A stretch of DNA of 64,000 bases from Anthoceros angustus (Eukaryota; Plantae; Anthocerotophyta), in NCBI GenBank assembly GCA_010909165.1, contig VJWM01000044.1, positions 682,001 through 746,000 of the forward strand. The letters are read 5' to 3'. The notes under the pieces were generated by a model that had not been told where the DNA came from, ran no database searches, and saw nothing but the letters and a program-made list of their open reading frames with translations. Each line of letters begins with the position of its first letter. Position 1 is the stretch's first letter. This document shows positions 23,029-36,600 of the stretch, in pieces. The position numbers were made by a program, and so were the translations under genes.

Positions 23029-25503
23029 CCCCGTTTTCAACCGAGCCTGGTCTTGTTTGAAAAGACGAATTACTCTACGTTTGTGTGTTCCATGGGAGGG
23101 ACATTGTATGTAGCCCTTGTCGATAAATGTTCTTCAGCACCACAGCTGGCGTTTTGATGATGCAAGTTTTGCAGGCTCTGGTCTGCGACTGTCCGTGTAG
23201 ATGGTGTCATATACTTGTGATAGCTGGCCAGCTTTGGCTGTGTGCGATTCTCAGTTCACGGGAAACCAACAGGTTGGAGGCTTTGTTTTTTCTGTCATAA
23301 GTGCTAATTGATGAGCCTTGTGACGCTGCCTTGGTGTAGAGACGCCAATTTTGGTGGCCCTTCAAGGCTGCCAGGATTGATGCCATATTCGTGCCCAGGT
23401 TGAGAGCCAATCCAAACGACATGGAGCCAAACGGTAAACGACATGCACGATTCGGTGACATGGAGGCCATGGATCCGTGGACGCAGTATAAATGCGGGTG
23501 TTGCGGCGGAGAGTTTCGGAGCAGTGGAGTTGCAGAGGATGGCGATGGAGGAGGCTCGCGTCCTTGCTCTGGTCTTCATCGTAGCGGTGACTGTCCACCC
23601 GGCTCCAGGCTTTCAGAACTGCTGTTACATTGCTGCATGAATGAATGGCAGTAACGAGTAGGTTCACTGACAGTACTTGAGTTGTTGTTGTTGGCGTGTT
23701 CTGGTGCTGCAGGCGAGCTTTGTGCTGAGCGATGCTGCGCGCCTTCAGTTTCTGGAGAGCGGCCTGGCCAGCGCCGACATAGCCGCCAACTACTGGAAGC
23801 AGACTCTGGGGCAGGAGAGCGTGCCGGACGAGATTTCAAGGCTGCTGCCGTTGCTGTCGGCCGCGGACGCCTCCAGGATCGCCAGCAGCATTTCCAACGT
23901 CCGCTTGAGCGAGGAGGCCGCGGCAGGCTTGTGCAGCTCCCCGGAGGTGGCGTGCACGGACGACGCGCCCTTCGTGCGCCACATCGCGGTCTCAGGCTCC
24001 CTGGTGGCCGCGGGTGGACGGCCGCGAGGGCCTCATCCGTGTCCTCACCATCATCCTCTGGATCACCAGCGGCCGCCACGCCGCCGTGCACTACGGCCAG
24101 TTTCCTTACGCAGGCTACGTCCTCAACCGCCCGGGCTTCCTGCGCCGCCTCATCCCGGAGCCCGGCACGCCGGAGGACGCGGAGCTGCAGGCCGATCCGG
24201 AGAAGTTCGTGCTCTCCACTCTGGCGTCCAGGTTCAAGAACTTCGCGGTGGTGACGGGGCCGAGACTCTTTCCATCCACCCGACCAATGAGGAGTACATT
24301 GGCACGCGGAACCAGGACAATTGGACGTCCGACCCCAAGCTACTGGAAGCCTTCCGCCTCTGGGGCGAGGATTTGCAACGCATAGAGCGCAACATCCAAG
24401 AGCGAAATGCCGACCCCTCTCTGCACCACAGGACTGGCCCCGCCCGCATGCCCTACTCACTGCTTTACCCCTCGTCGGGCCCGGGCATCACCGGCAGAGG
24501 CGTGCCCTACAGTCTGTGCGCCTAGCCCCGTTTTCAACCGAGCCTGGTCTTGTTTGAAAAGACGAATTACTCTACGTTTGTGTGTTCCATGGGAGGGACA
24601 TTGTATGTAGCCCTTGTCGATAAATGTTCTTCAGCACCACAGCTGGCGTTTTTGATGATGCAAGTTTTGCAGGCTCTGGTCTGCGACTGTCCGTGTAGAT
24701 GGTGTCATATACTTGTGATAGCTGGCCAGCTTTGGCTGTGTGCGATTCTCAGTTCACGGGAAACCAACAGGTTGGAGGCTTTGTTTTTTCTGTCATAAGT
24801 GCTAATTGATGAGCCTTGTGACGCTGCCTTGGTGTGTAGAGACGCCAATTTTGGTGGCCCTTCAAAGGCTGCCAGGATTGATGCCATATTCGTGCCCAGG
24901 TTGAGAGCCAATCCAAACGACATGGAGCCAAACGGTAAACGACATGCACGATTCGGTGACATGGAGGCCATGGATCCGTGGACGCAGTATAAATGCGGGT
25001 GTTGCGGCGGAGAGTTTCGGAGCAGTGGAGTTGCAGAGGATGGCGATGGAGGCTCGCGTCCTTGCTCTGGTCTTCATCGTAGCGGTGACTGTCCACCCGG
25101 CTCCAGGCTTTCAGAACTGCTGTTACATTGCTGCATGAATGAATGGCAGTAACGAGTAGGTTCACTGACAGTACTTGAGTTGTTGTTGTTGGCGTGTTCT
25201 GGTGCTGCAGGCGAGCTTTGTGCTGAGCGATGCTGCGCGCCTTCAGTTTCTGGAGCGGCCTGGCCAGCGCCGACATAGCCGCCAACTACTGGAAGCAGAC
25301 TCTGGGGCAGGGGAGGCGTGCCGGACGAGATTTCAAGGCTGCTGCCGTTGCTGTCGGCCGCGGACGCCTCCAGGATCGCCAGCAGCATTTCCAACGTCCG
25401 CTTGAGCGAGGAGGCCGCGGCAGGCTTGTGCAGCTCCCCGGAGGTGGCGTGCACGGACGACGCGCCCTTCGTGCGCCACATCGCGGTCTCGGGCTCCCTG
25501 GTG
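22505..25503. repeat. Second tandem duplication, about 1494-bp unit x2 (22505-23998 and 23999-25495): LOX 3' end, spacer and BURP 5' end
   Basis: CCCTGGTG occurs at 22505-22512 (LOX), 23999-24006 (junction) and 25496-25503 (BURP). The sequence after 24006 repeats that after 22512. Confidence 0.97.
23539..24525 (+). pseudogene. Chimeric BURP-5'/LOX-3' fragment made by the 1.49-kb duplication
   Basis: BURP exon 1 (MAMEEARVLALVFIVA), an intron and exon 2 up to ...SGSLV are joined at CCCTGGTG to the LOX last-exon tail ending VPYSLCA*. Confidence 0.88.
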
Positions 25504-26328
25504 TGGTACTACGGCCCCGCGAACGAGGGCCCGCTGTTCGGGCGCACCTTGCACAAGCACGACCACAGCAACCACGTCTTCTTCCGCGAGCACCAGCTCA
25601 CGGAGGAGGGCTTCCTGGTGAAGGCGGCGGACGCCATCGCCAACTGGGCCTTGCGCCGGCCTTTCATCCCGCGCGAGGTGGAGGAGGCTCTGCGCCTCGC
25701 ATCCGGGGGCCCGGAGAACGCTTTGCGCATGGACGGCGGCTCCCGGGTCGGGACGAGCATGGACGTGACCCGCCACTTCTGCAACCAGCTGCAGGCGCCG
25801 CAGCTGGTGAAGGACAAGTGGTGGCAGGGGGAGGCGGCCTGCGTGTTCTCGGCGGAGGATCTGACGGACTTCGCGGCGTCCCAGCTGGTGGAGGATGTGC
25901 ACGGCCCCGTAGAGGCGCTGCCCGGCACGGACCTGGACGCCGTGAGCCGGCTGAGCCTGGAGAAGGAGGCCCCCGACGCCACCTTCCGCGTCGCCAAGGT
26001 GGAGCTCAGGAAGGACGTGGCGGGGAGCTTCGTGGCGTGCCACGTCCTGCCCTTCGCGTACCAGGCCATGCTGTGCCACAGCCAGCCCAGCAGCAAGCTG
26101 TACTGGGCGACGCTGGAGTCCACGGCGCACCCCGGCACCACCGTTACCGAGCTCGCTGTTTGTCACATGGACACCAGCAGCTGGAGCCCTGACCACCCGT
26201 CCTTCACCATGATGGGGTCCAAGCCTGGCCAGTCCGAGGCTTGTCACTGGGCCAATTTCGGCTTCCTTGCTCTCTTCCGCGCGAACGATGTCGCCGGCGT
26301 CATTGAGATGCCTTCTGCCGCCGCCTAA
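25040..26328 (+). CDS. BURP-domain protein (RD22/USP-like) with signal peptide; local indels near 25250-25320 as assembled
   Basis: Exon 1 MAMEARVLALVFIVA, intron to about 25210, then YWKQTL..VPDEI and HVFFREHQL. CH-X10-CH-X27-CH-X25-CH-W at 26038-26250; stop TAA at 26326-26328. Confidence 0.93.
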
Positions 26329-27695
26329 GGCGTCGAGGCGCTGCCTGCCAGTCGATCGCTTCACACCGCCCTTAGCTGCAACTATACACAATCCATCCTC
26401 CACTGTTTGGCTTACTCTTGCTTGTTGTATTTGTAGTAAGACTTTTACATATGTACTCCCATCGACCAGAGTATATCCCCACTGCAGGGGCAGTAGGAAG
26501 ATATCTCATGGTGCCCTTCACACTCTTGGTGTAGATGGGGTCACCCCATCTTGATTTAAGACGTAAAGACCCACCACCTTCTTTGTTTTAACCTAATAAG
26601 TTTGGTTACCATTTCTACACCACATTCAGCTACATATGGGCATGGAGAACTAACATGAAGTCAGTTCCTGTAAACCAAGACTCACAAGACATCGTTTCCA
26701 AGTTTCAAACAACTCGACACACACATTCCGGACTCGCTCCGACCATACCGAGAGATATTCTCCTCTTCGAACCTTCGTCCGTTGTCTTCGTCATAGTAGT
26801 CACAGCCTGCAGAAACAGACATGCTTCAGCTATGTCAAGTCAGATTCTGCACTCAGTGTGGGCTTCCAATCGCTCTTGATTTGGCGGTAAGGAGGGCAAC
26901 GGGGTTCTCTTACCTGAAGACGCAACGAGGTTGGGAAATAGTTCCCAGCCCGCCAGACTGCCGGGACAGGAGATTGGGATTTGGTAGTGATTCCGCAATA
27001 TGCACGAGGTCCAAGCCCTATTGTACAACAGGAGCCAAGGTCTCATAAATCCTCGGTTGCTGAGTGATTGACCCTAAGTAGTTGCATCCTATTTCGGTGA
27101 CCATCGTATGTAGATGGATGTTGAGGGAAACCGAGTCCACGGTGTGTAGGTGGAAGTGACGGAAACGACACTTGCCGGTCCGCGGCCAAGAGTGAAGACC
27201 GTTGGATGACGTCCTAGTTACAGTTATGTACAGTGTCCAGAGAAAGAAGCATGGCGAGGGTAAGCTCATGGGATGCTAAAATATTTGCCATGCTAACGCG
27301 GCATCGCCGTATTAATAACAGCGAAGGCATATCACAACTACAACTAGTCCGACTACACCTACTCTCTTCTACCTTAAACGGACCAAGCCCAAGTGATCTA
27401 GAGCAATGTGCTGAAAGCAGGCCGACAGTAATATGTAACAGAACAGAGCCAACAGGGTATGAAACAAGGCAGGCAGGCAAGTTTTCATTTGGTGGGACAG
27501 GAGTTCTGGCCACCAACCTCGATGAGTTTACTCACCGGAAGCTATGTTAAGCAGGCGTGGATAAACCAGGAGGAGGGTTGCGACCCAGTTTCCACGAGGC
27601 TTGCCATGACAAGACCGCAATTTGTCACATACACCCCAGATTTGCCTTTTTCCCCTTTCCACGGGACGAGCCCATCTTCCCCATTCAGTCATGCA

Positions 27696-30600
27696 TCACA
27701 GCTCTGACAGAATGGCAGGGATATAGTGAGACAACTCTGCAGTTAGTGACTGAAATCCATTCACCAATTGAGAGTGAAAGTCTTGATCTTCTTCCCCAAT
27801 CATCCTAGCATGGACGCGAATGGCACGTTTACATACACCCATGAACTCCAATAACGCCTGAATCAGCTGCTGCAGTTCTTGAGACCGTAATCTTAACGAT
27901 GGCTCATCAGACAGAAAAGCTGTACATACACCCAGCACCCCACTGTTCACCTGGAACACATTGGACACAGAGCATATTAGCCAGTCCACCACACTCAGGT
28001 ATACAATATCCTTTAATGCAGGACAAGGAGACAAGAAGATCCTTACTTGAACTGCGACACTTCCTTGCAAAATCCGCTGTAGGCTTTGTAACCGAGGCAG
28101 CTGATCACCTTCCGCAGTCCTGGGCTCGTCCAGTTCGCCCACCAGTGCAGCTGTCCTTGTTTCAATCATCCCAATGGCGTTCTCGATCGGTGAAAACTCT
28201 CGGGATTCAGATTTAGTAACAATTAGTCTATTAACAAGCGCAGGAAAGGACCCCTCTGTTTGCACGACGGTCCTCCTTTTCCACTGGTCTTCCAATCCAC
28301 CCTGCGTTCGCCCATTCTTCGTGAAGGGAGTGTCAAACAGAAAGCGGTCAAAAACACGAGCACTCACATGTCCTGTGATTTGCCCAGAAAGCCGCTCCCT
28401 GCGACTCTCCAGGTCCTCGTTTTCTGTCACTGGGTCCACCGAGGTAATCTGCAGGTAGCAGACCCCAGGCTGGAGCTCCTCGGCATTAACTTGTCGGGAG
28501 TCTGGAATAATGTGTAATGTCAAATCACTATCTAACCTAGATTCATAGATGTGGCCTAGCTTCTCCATTATATCCCCAAGTCGCACATCACGAGCCTCCC
28601 TATATACATACTCCTTGCGGTTCAGCTTACCAAATCGCTCTCCATAAAAGCCAACTCTATAGTAAGTGGCATCAATAAATGGGATGGGGCTCGACTCCTG
28701 GTCAAGGATTGACTCATAGATGCTGGTGAGAGAAGTATGGCATTTAGATAGCTGCCCATACGCATGCCGACTCTTGTGAACTGGAATGATCAGCTCCAAT
28801 ATGCCAGCGCAGAAGTGGAACAGCTCAGCTTGGACAAAGAGCTTGTTAGCTAATTGCAAGTACTTCACAGCAGAATCCACAGTCAGCTTTGAAGCACCAT
28901 ATCCTTCCACCTCTGCTGCAGCTGCCTCCGAAGTAATTTGATCACTAAGCATAGGACATATTCGCCGAAGAGCCTCCACATGCTCTTTCCCCCATACAGC
29001 ATCTTTACGCCCCACCAGGGCCTGGGAAAAAAACACATCACGACGTCAAAACCCTCATCACTAAAGGGAGACAGCAAGTTCTGAGTCAAGCCAGGATAAA
29101 ATTGAAAACAACCTGCATAATAACGCCTGCAACAGCCACAGCACATTGAGCTGCTTCAGCCCATGACTGCATTTCCTGATGTGCATCACAAAGGTGAAGG
29201 AGCCACATTATGTGAAGATCAGGAACATGAGCGTATGCCCATGCCAGACTGTGGTAGCTCTCAGCTGTAGCATACTTATCAATGGCCATCATCGGTCCCT
29301 GCAATTCCATGGCGTGTGATCAAGGTGCACAGTGCAAAATGTAATCAAAACAGGACTGGAAACAATTACGAGCATCTGCAACGGGGGAAGTATGCACCAG
29401 AAGGGCATGCTCCACAGCCGCCTCTAAAGCTTTTTTCAGAGTGTCAGATAGCTCGACAACTTCAGACCATCGCCACCTGTTGTCCAGAGCACCATCTGGC
29501 CCAGTCTCTAAGGTGTTCTCGCTCAGACCACATTCTTTCAAAACTTCTTGGCTGATGTCTTTCTGAGCCATTTCCTGCAAAGACTTTCGGAGTCGGCGAG
29601 CCTCACCACTTTCCTCCAGACTACCATCAGATCTCATTTGAGTTACTTGTACATCAGACATAAGCTCCGATAACGTGATACTCAGCATCACCCGCAACCT
29701 CACTGTATGCTTGAAAAAGTAAAAGGAATTCTGCATACAATGCAGTGCAAACCCTGTGAGAACATTAGCTCACTGGAAAATTACAGAGCTGCATGGAACC
29801 CTTTCAATGCAGAGATAAGCAATGTAAGACATATCCATATTTTACTTACCCTAACAAGAATCTGAAGCCCTACCACTGCCCTCCGGCGAATAGATTCATT
29901 TCGGAACACAGCCAATCGCAATAGGTGGAAAGCAATTTGTTTCAGAAAACGGTCATTTTCGTGACCCATAAGTATGGCTCCATGACGACTAAGGAGATTG
30001 TGAAACACTGGTATGAATGCCTTCCAGAAAACCAGGGGCTGACTACGACTCAGAAAGCCAGTGAAAAGAGCTGTGATACAGTCCAGCTTGTCAAAGTCTG
30101 TCGAGATGTTTTGAGCTGATGCCGCCTCAGTGAACTTCTCTGCTATCTCTAGAACTTGAAGGCTAACAGCTGCACTGAGATTCTCCTCCCAGAGTTCCTA
30201 CAGCAAAACATAGGCACTTTGCTCAAGGGTGCAAATGATATTCCTGCAGGATATCAAAAAGCTGTAGCTGTGGAGGCGAGAATATTTCAAAAAGCAAGCA
30301 AAGGAAACTGCTGATAGTTCATCTCATCAAGGGAAGTTCACCCAACAGTTCGCATGTCCAAGAGCATACCAGCTTCTGCCGATGAACTGGGTGTAGGCTC
30401 TCGCGAAGGGCCCTGTTGGCAGGACCACGTCTAGAAGATTGGGCTTGAGCTAGCGCTTCACGAAGGGAATATGGCTGGCTTGGAGAGGACATATGTGGGC
30501 TCATTTTCTTCCAAGCTAATCCACTTTCAGGAGTTGACTGAGGCTGCATCCACTGGTTAGTGATGTCAGTTAGCCACGTAGGAAGGGTTATGATTTGCGC

Positions 30601-33600
30601 GACCACCTACGCAGAGGACGAAACATGAAATACACACCCGGACTTCCAGACGTGCAGCCTCCGAAAAATATGCGTGTATTGCTGGAGATAGAATCTCAGA
30701 ATATCTTGGCGAGTTGCCTCCTTCACCCTCTTGATTTTGAGAAATAGGTCCAGTGACAGAGATGTCAATACCTGCTCTCCTATGCTGGAATCCAACCACC
30801 ACAGAAACAAATAAAAAATTGCCCCTTTCAAGTGTTCCATGTATACAGGAGAGGGGTAGTCCTGTCGAATCATCCAACAGTGCATACAAATCTTAAACCC
30901 GCAGATGAATGTTCCGAATGAAGCAAACACCACCTTACCTCAAAAAGTACAAGGCATTCTTCCATAAGCTTGAAGAATAGTCTTGTTCGTGCAACACTTT
31001 GCTGCCATGCTTTGGTCAATGATGTATCATCCAGATGCCGAATGATTTGCAGAACACAGAGTAGCACCTCCCGCTTCTCGGAAGCACTCAGATTGTAAAA
31101 GACAGGCATCTCATCCAAGATCTGCATCACAGTTAAATGAGTCTGGAGACAGGAGGAATCTTGATACCCTACAAAGCTATTGTACATGAACACTGACACA
31201 TCAAATTTCATCCATATAGCCTCGTATACGTACCAAGCCAATCAAGGGGAAGTAGAGCTGCGCAATGTAGAGCTTGTCTTCCAGCTTTTGGTACCTCACA
31301 TCATACTCATGCTTCGCCATAAGCACAACAAGAATGCGTGCAGCCTGTTTCATGAACAAGAGTGGGAACTTTGGCAGAAATCATCAAAGCACGTGGCCGT
31401 AATTGGGTTGAACACTAAGCACAAAGATCCCAGCTGACTATTTTTTAAGCCTAATATTCAAATTCTAAAGCCAGCACACCTAGAGGGAGTCAGCACGGCA
31501 CAGAAATTGTACCTTCGATCTTTGATTCAGGTCTTCATGATCCCAAGTCAAGAAAAGCTCCTGCATGAGCACAGACGCCAAGTAGTTCCTACAAAAGGGC
31601 TACTATCAGAACATGCGCCGCTGGCAACTGCACAGCATTGAAGCTTACATTGCAAAAAAGCCCACCTTTCTGAGGGGTCCCGGCCAGGCATCTCGACAAA
31701 CAAGTCATGGTCGCAAATGATACGCAAAAACAAAAGCTTGCATTCGTGGAGCACTGGTTGGCATATGCCAGTGAACTTGTCAAAGTACAATGCCACCTGC
31801 AATGTTTGCAGAATTCAGCAACAGCCTCGGAAGAGTTTAAACTGGATAGGGTGTTGCACTTGCTTCACAAAGACTAACTCACCAGCTCAAAAACCTGACG
31901 AGGATCAATGACGGAAAGCAAATCATAGCAGAAAAATGCCAGGCTACTATTTAGGCGCCTTGCAAGGTTGAGGCCCTTCTTGCAACGTTCATGAACTTCA
32001 GTCAGCAAGCAGTCATACAGCTGCCAGATGCACTTGAACACTTCGTCTTTGAGCTGCAGTGGGGGAATATCTTCTCCTGAATCATAGTTCACCAATAGGC
32101 AAGCATGTGAGATGATGAAGCCAGACAGGTGATAATCAGATGCAAATCCACACATGACCTGTTCACCCTACCAGACAACTGGTGGTCTGGGAAAGCTCGA
32201 GCTTGCTCAAGAGCCATGGACTTGACAATGATCTCCAAAAACACCCATGCCATTGATAAAACGTCATCATAAACAGGACCCACTCTGTAACCTTTGGCCT
32301 GATGAACCACACCACCAGCATGAGCAACAACTTTTAAAAGGTGATGCAAAGTGGGCTCAAATTGACTGCTGAATGTACCAACTGGAAATTAAGACTTCAG
32401 CTCAACAGTTCTCCTATACCTTGCTCCTTGCCAAGCTCCTCCAGACACTGCAAAGGCCAGGGTAGACAGGAGCTTGACTGCCATCAAAGTCATCAAAAGC
32501 GAAATCGATATATTGGACCAAATAGCGGTTGCGCTCAGCTCCATCGGTTGATTCCTGCTGTACTCTGCATATAACCACCGAAACAGCAATCTTTCTTCAC
32601 AAGAACGCTAAACGGGCAGAAGAGAGTCATGCATACTTCAACCTGAAAATTAGGAAAAAGTACCTGGTTAGAATGTTCACCATAGCACGGAAAGCGGCAA
32701 CCTGAAATCAAGGTGTAGTACGATCAACATGTCAGCAGTGCCCAATAACACGATATTCAAAATCCCACAAGTCAACCAACACATGGCTCAAAGAGGGGAT
32801 ACCTGGAGTGTCTCCCCACCATCTGCAATCATCCTTAGGAGCATGTTCATAGTTGGTTGGAGAAACTGCAGCATTGCAGTTGGGTCCACCCCCTTTAGAC
32901 TATTGATGGCCTGCATGCATGACCACAAATCCTGAGGTTAGATGGGATGTAATGCCGAAAAGTGGAATTTTGTTCCTGCTAATCTTAGCAGGAGGTACAA
33001 ACCTCAAGGAGCTCTGACCCCCACGGAGGACTTGTTCGGAGAACATGACGATCATACTCTGAAAAAAACTCCCGAATCTTTTCATTTACAGGATAGAGTG
33101 ACGAGCAAAGTCGAAGACGTAACTTGAAAACAGCCCGAGCATCTTCCAGATAGTCCATCTTCTCCTGCAAAAGAGCAGCAAACTGCCAATACTGAGAGAC
33201 TGAACTTAACGAATGCTTGGGGAATGGCATACAGTTGAACATCTTGGCTTACCTTCACAGATTCCTGCAAATAATGTGGAAGCAGATCCCTGCTGATAGC
33301 CAGACTACCATCGGCCCTGAGGACTCTGCAATGCAAAGACTTGTAGCAGTCAGTTATAACCCATAGAGAGCTCTTGGACCACAAACCGATTGCTTTCTTT
33401 ATAAATTACTGCATGGAAACAAACGTCACCAAAAACACAGACAACAGATAACAACAACTGGTAGAACTCACTGAGCACCCATGGAGAGAGGAAGAACTGA
33501 GTAGCCCACCACAACCTGCAAAGAGACCCAAAAAACAGTTTGCAGTCAACAGAAAATGAAACAAGAAGGCACCAAAATACCTTAGCAAAACTAGTAGAAT

Positions 33601-36600
33601 ACCCACGCACTCTGCATGCACAGTGTAGCAGGTACAAAACAAGGTGTTGCAGGTGACAGGCAGTACTGACCGGCTTTGGAGCCTCCAACTTCATTTGAAG
33701 ATCGACATGAAAGAAGGTGAACAAGAGATGATGATGAGGAGTAAGAATAGCAGGCAGCTGCACTTTAAACTCATCATGAAATTGTGCACTTCGAGTGTTC
33801 ACAGCAATCTGTGAATGGGCACTCCTCTGCATGGCTGCACCATTACTACTCCTTGAATAGAAGGCCTGCTTCATTACAATCCCAAACTTAGTAGAGAGCA
33901 ATCTAGAATGACAAACCAGGATAGCAGCCAGACGACACAGCTTAGGATCGTCTCCATCCATACATGAAGAGGAGGCTTCTTCAGATCAGCATCATCTTTT
34001 CTTAGCTCCACACGTATGAACAGATTGCGCTTCTTGCTCAAATGCACAGATAGGGGATAGACGAACAAACAATGCACAAGCTGAGTGAGTGGCTCATTCT
34101 TTGTGAGCACTCGAAATTCCAAAGCTGGAAACTGCAAAGACATTTAACAGCCATAAGCATGTGTTGCCATAAGTAAGAAAGCCACAATGATAGATCTGGG
34201 CACCACTAATGCATTTGCATCTGTAAAGCTAAACTTACATCAGCTCCTCCAGTATCATTATGCAGGAGTTGGGTGGTGTCAGGTTCCACCTGATCAGCTT
34301 CTATTTGCTGCCCCCCATTCTGACTTTTCCGTCCAGATCCATGCCTTACACGTCTTCCAGAGCCGATTTCTGACAACCGATCCTCCCCCTCAACAGACCC
34401 ATTGCTGGACAATGTATCCATATCAGGATCCTCAATTGGAAGGCGTTCCACTTCAATAGTAAGAGTACCCTTCACATGTTTGTGGACTTTGCGTTTTGGG
34501 TCCTTCAGAAATTACAAGAACAGTGTCAACCTTGTCAGAAAAAGAGTAAAGCTTGGGTCTGCATCACATCCATATTGCTAGACACTTGACACCACTCAAC
34601 AAGTTCACAAGGAAGTGCAGCATAACTTGCAGCTAAATCAAGTCGAAGAAACTTAAGGCTGTGAACTACCTGAAGTGACTCTTCAGTATAGCACTCCTTA
34701 ACCCGGTTCATCGCTGATACTTCCACTATGGCAGAGGAATAGAGAGAAGCATTCTTGCTGGCAGATAAAGACCTTGCATCAAGATCCAAAGCTGAGTCGA
34801 CCAGACCTGAAATTCCTCCTCCAGGAGATGGAAGTGGACTGCTTGGCGAGTTGAAACCACCAATGATAGTTGAACTAGGGTCAAATAGGGGGATAAATGT
34901 CCAAGCAAAAGGTTCTCGGTATGGCATGATTCTTGCCCATACTTGCAGTTTCTGCTTTTCTCGTTCCATCAGGTGAACCTGCAGAACATGAGTGATGATT
35001 ATTGCCCCGATTTGGGGAGCCTCCTCGTAAGAGACAAGGCACCAGACGAGCCTGAAGCTCCATACACATTTCAAATGCATGCAGTGAATCTACCAGACTT
35101 GGTAGACTTACAGGCTCCTTTCTAGAATATACTGAAGATGTCACTCCACCTTCCTCGGTGGCATGTTTCTCTAGCTGAATGAGAAAACATACTGATGCTG
35201 ATGGCAGATCAAGTGTAAAAACTGCACGTCTTTCAGGTGGTGGCCCTTCCTGCCCCGAAATTCAGGAGATAAGAATACCAATGAAGAACAAACAACGACC
35301 CAACATAAGGACAGAAGAACGACCAACACATTGAACCTTCTGCAACTGAACTAACCTCTTGAAACTCATGAGGCAAAAACTGGAAATAGAAGTCCTCTGA
35401 TAATTTTTCCCGTTTCTCACGATGGTACAAGCTTAAGGTTCCATAGATCGGTTCAGCTTTAGCACAAAACAGGAGCATGTCACTAAGAGTTGGTGAGTTG
35501 AAGCCATGCCTGAGACTCTTAGTGATTCTGAAAGAAGCAAAGGGAACACACCTAAGGGACCCGCCTGGAATTTTATACCCTTCAGTTTCACTGCCACTTT
35601 CAAAGCACTGGAAACAAACCAACCCGTCAACAACAAGTACCTACATAGAACAATATTGGACCTCCATTTCTGATGGAAAGCAGGAAAGTGGGAAAGTTAG
35701 GCCAGAACCTAGAGGATAAGGCTGAAGGCAGCTCGGGTATTCTCTGGCCAAACACTGTTGCTCTCTCAGACTCCCAGTTGTAGACAGGATCATAGGCTGG
35801 AAGTGGAGATATGCCGAGATGCTGCACACCCACAAAGGCAAATCCTTGAAGTTCAGAATTCCAGCTGATGATCTGCTGTCAATTGGTCAGATCGATCAAA
35901 AACCTGAAGGCACCTGCCCACAGACCTGACGACCATGATCCCACCATTCTTTCCCTGGACAAAACTTGCAAACTGAGGAGCACTTCATGCCTGAAGATTT
36001 GCCCAGCTGCACAGTCTTGGTGCATCGCGTAACAAGGAGAATGGGAGGCTCAAATGGGTGCACTGCAGGTCAGAAGCGTCCTTGGGTACAATTCTCAGCA
36101 GAAGTGCTTTCAGAGCTCATGAGAGGGGACAGGAGGTAGTCTAATTGTTTGAAACCCAGAGAGCCTTCAGAAAGGCTGGGAATGTTTTATCAGCTCAACT
36201 GTGATGTCCAGTCCAGATTTTGCCTCTTGTAGTGCACCGTGGATCAATCCCCAAGAACAAATAACATTTTGCAGCACTGTCCTCCATTTCTACGGTTTAC
36301 AGACAAGCTCAGATGCCAGTTTGATTAGGATGCCAACATCGAGAAGGTTAGGGTTGCAAACAGACACCAGAGGCTTTTGAGGGGTGCTTTCATGTATTCA
36401 GCAGGTTTGAAATGTAAGAACATAAACCTTTGGCATCGATTTTCTGCGCCGTTGGTCAGAATCCCCATCATAGGAGTGCCTTCCAGATGTACTCGGCTCC
36501 TCATCATCTGTGGTGTCTCCTGCCCTACCTAGCCTCAGATTTGCAAGTCGTTGCTCTGGACACGCCAACAGTGACACGCCAGAAAGCTCAATTCGCCGAA

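Larger units (their letters stand above)
14615..23366. repeat. Near-identical tandem duplication, about 4375-bp unit x2 (14615-18989 and 18990-23366), containing a whole LOX gene
   Basis: Sequence from tcaagaggaggtccatacttc at 14615 recurs at 18990 and runs colinear to 23366. The junction carries 5-bp microhomology TCAAG. Confidence 0.97.

Noticed and set aside
25333-26403. 356-aa minus-strand and 320-aa alternative-frame ORFs over the BURP gene
   Set aside because: Shadow frames of a very GC-rich exon; the BURP frame explains the sequence.
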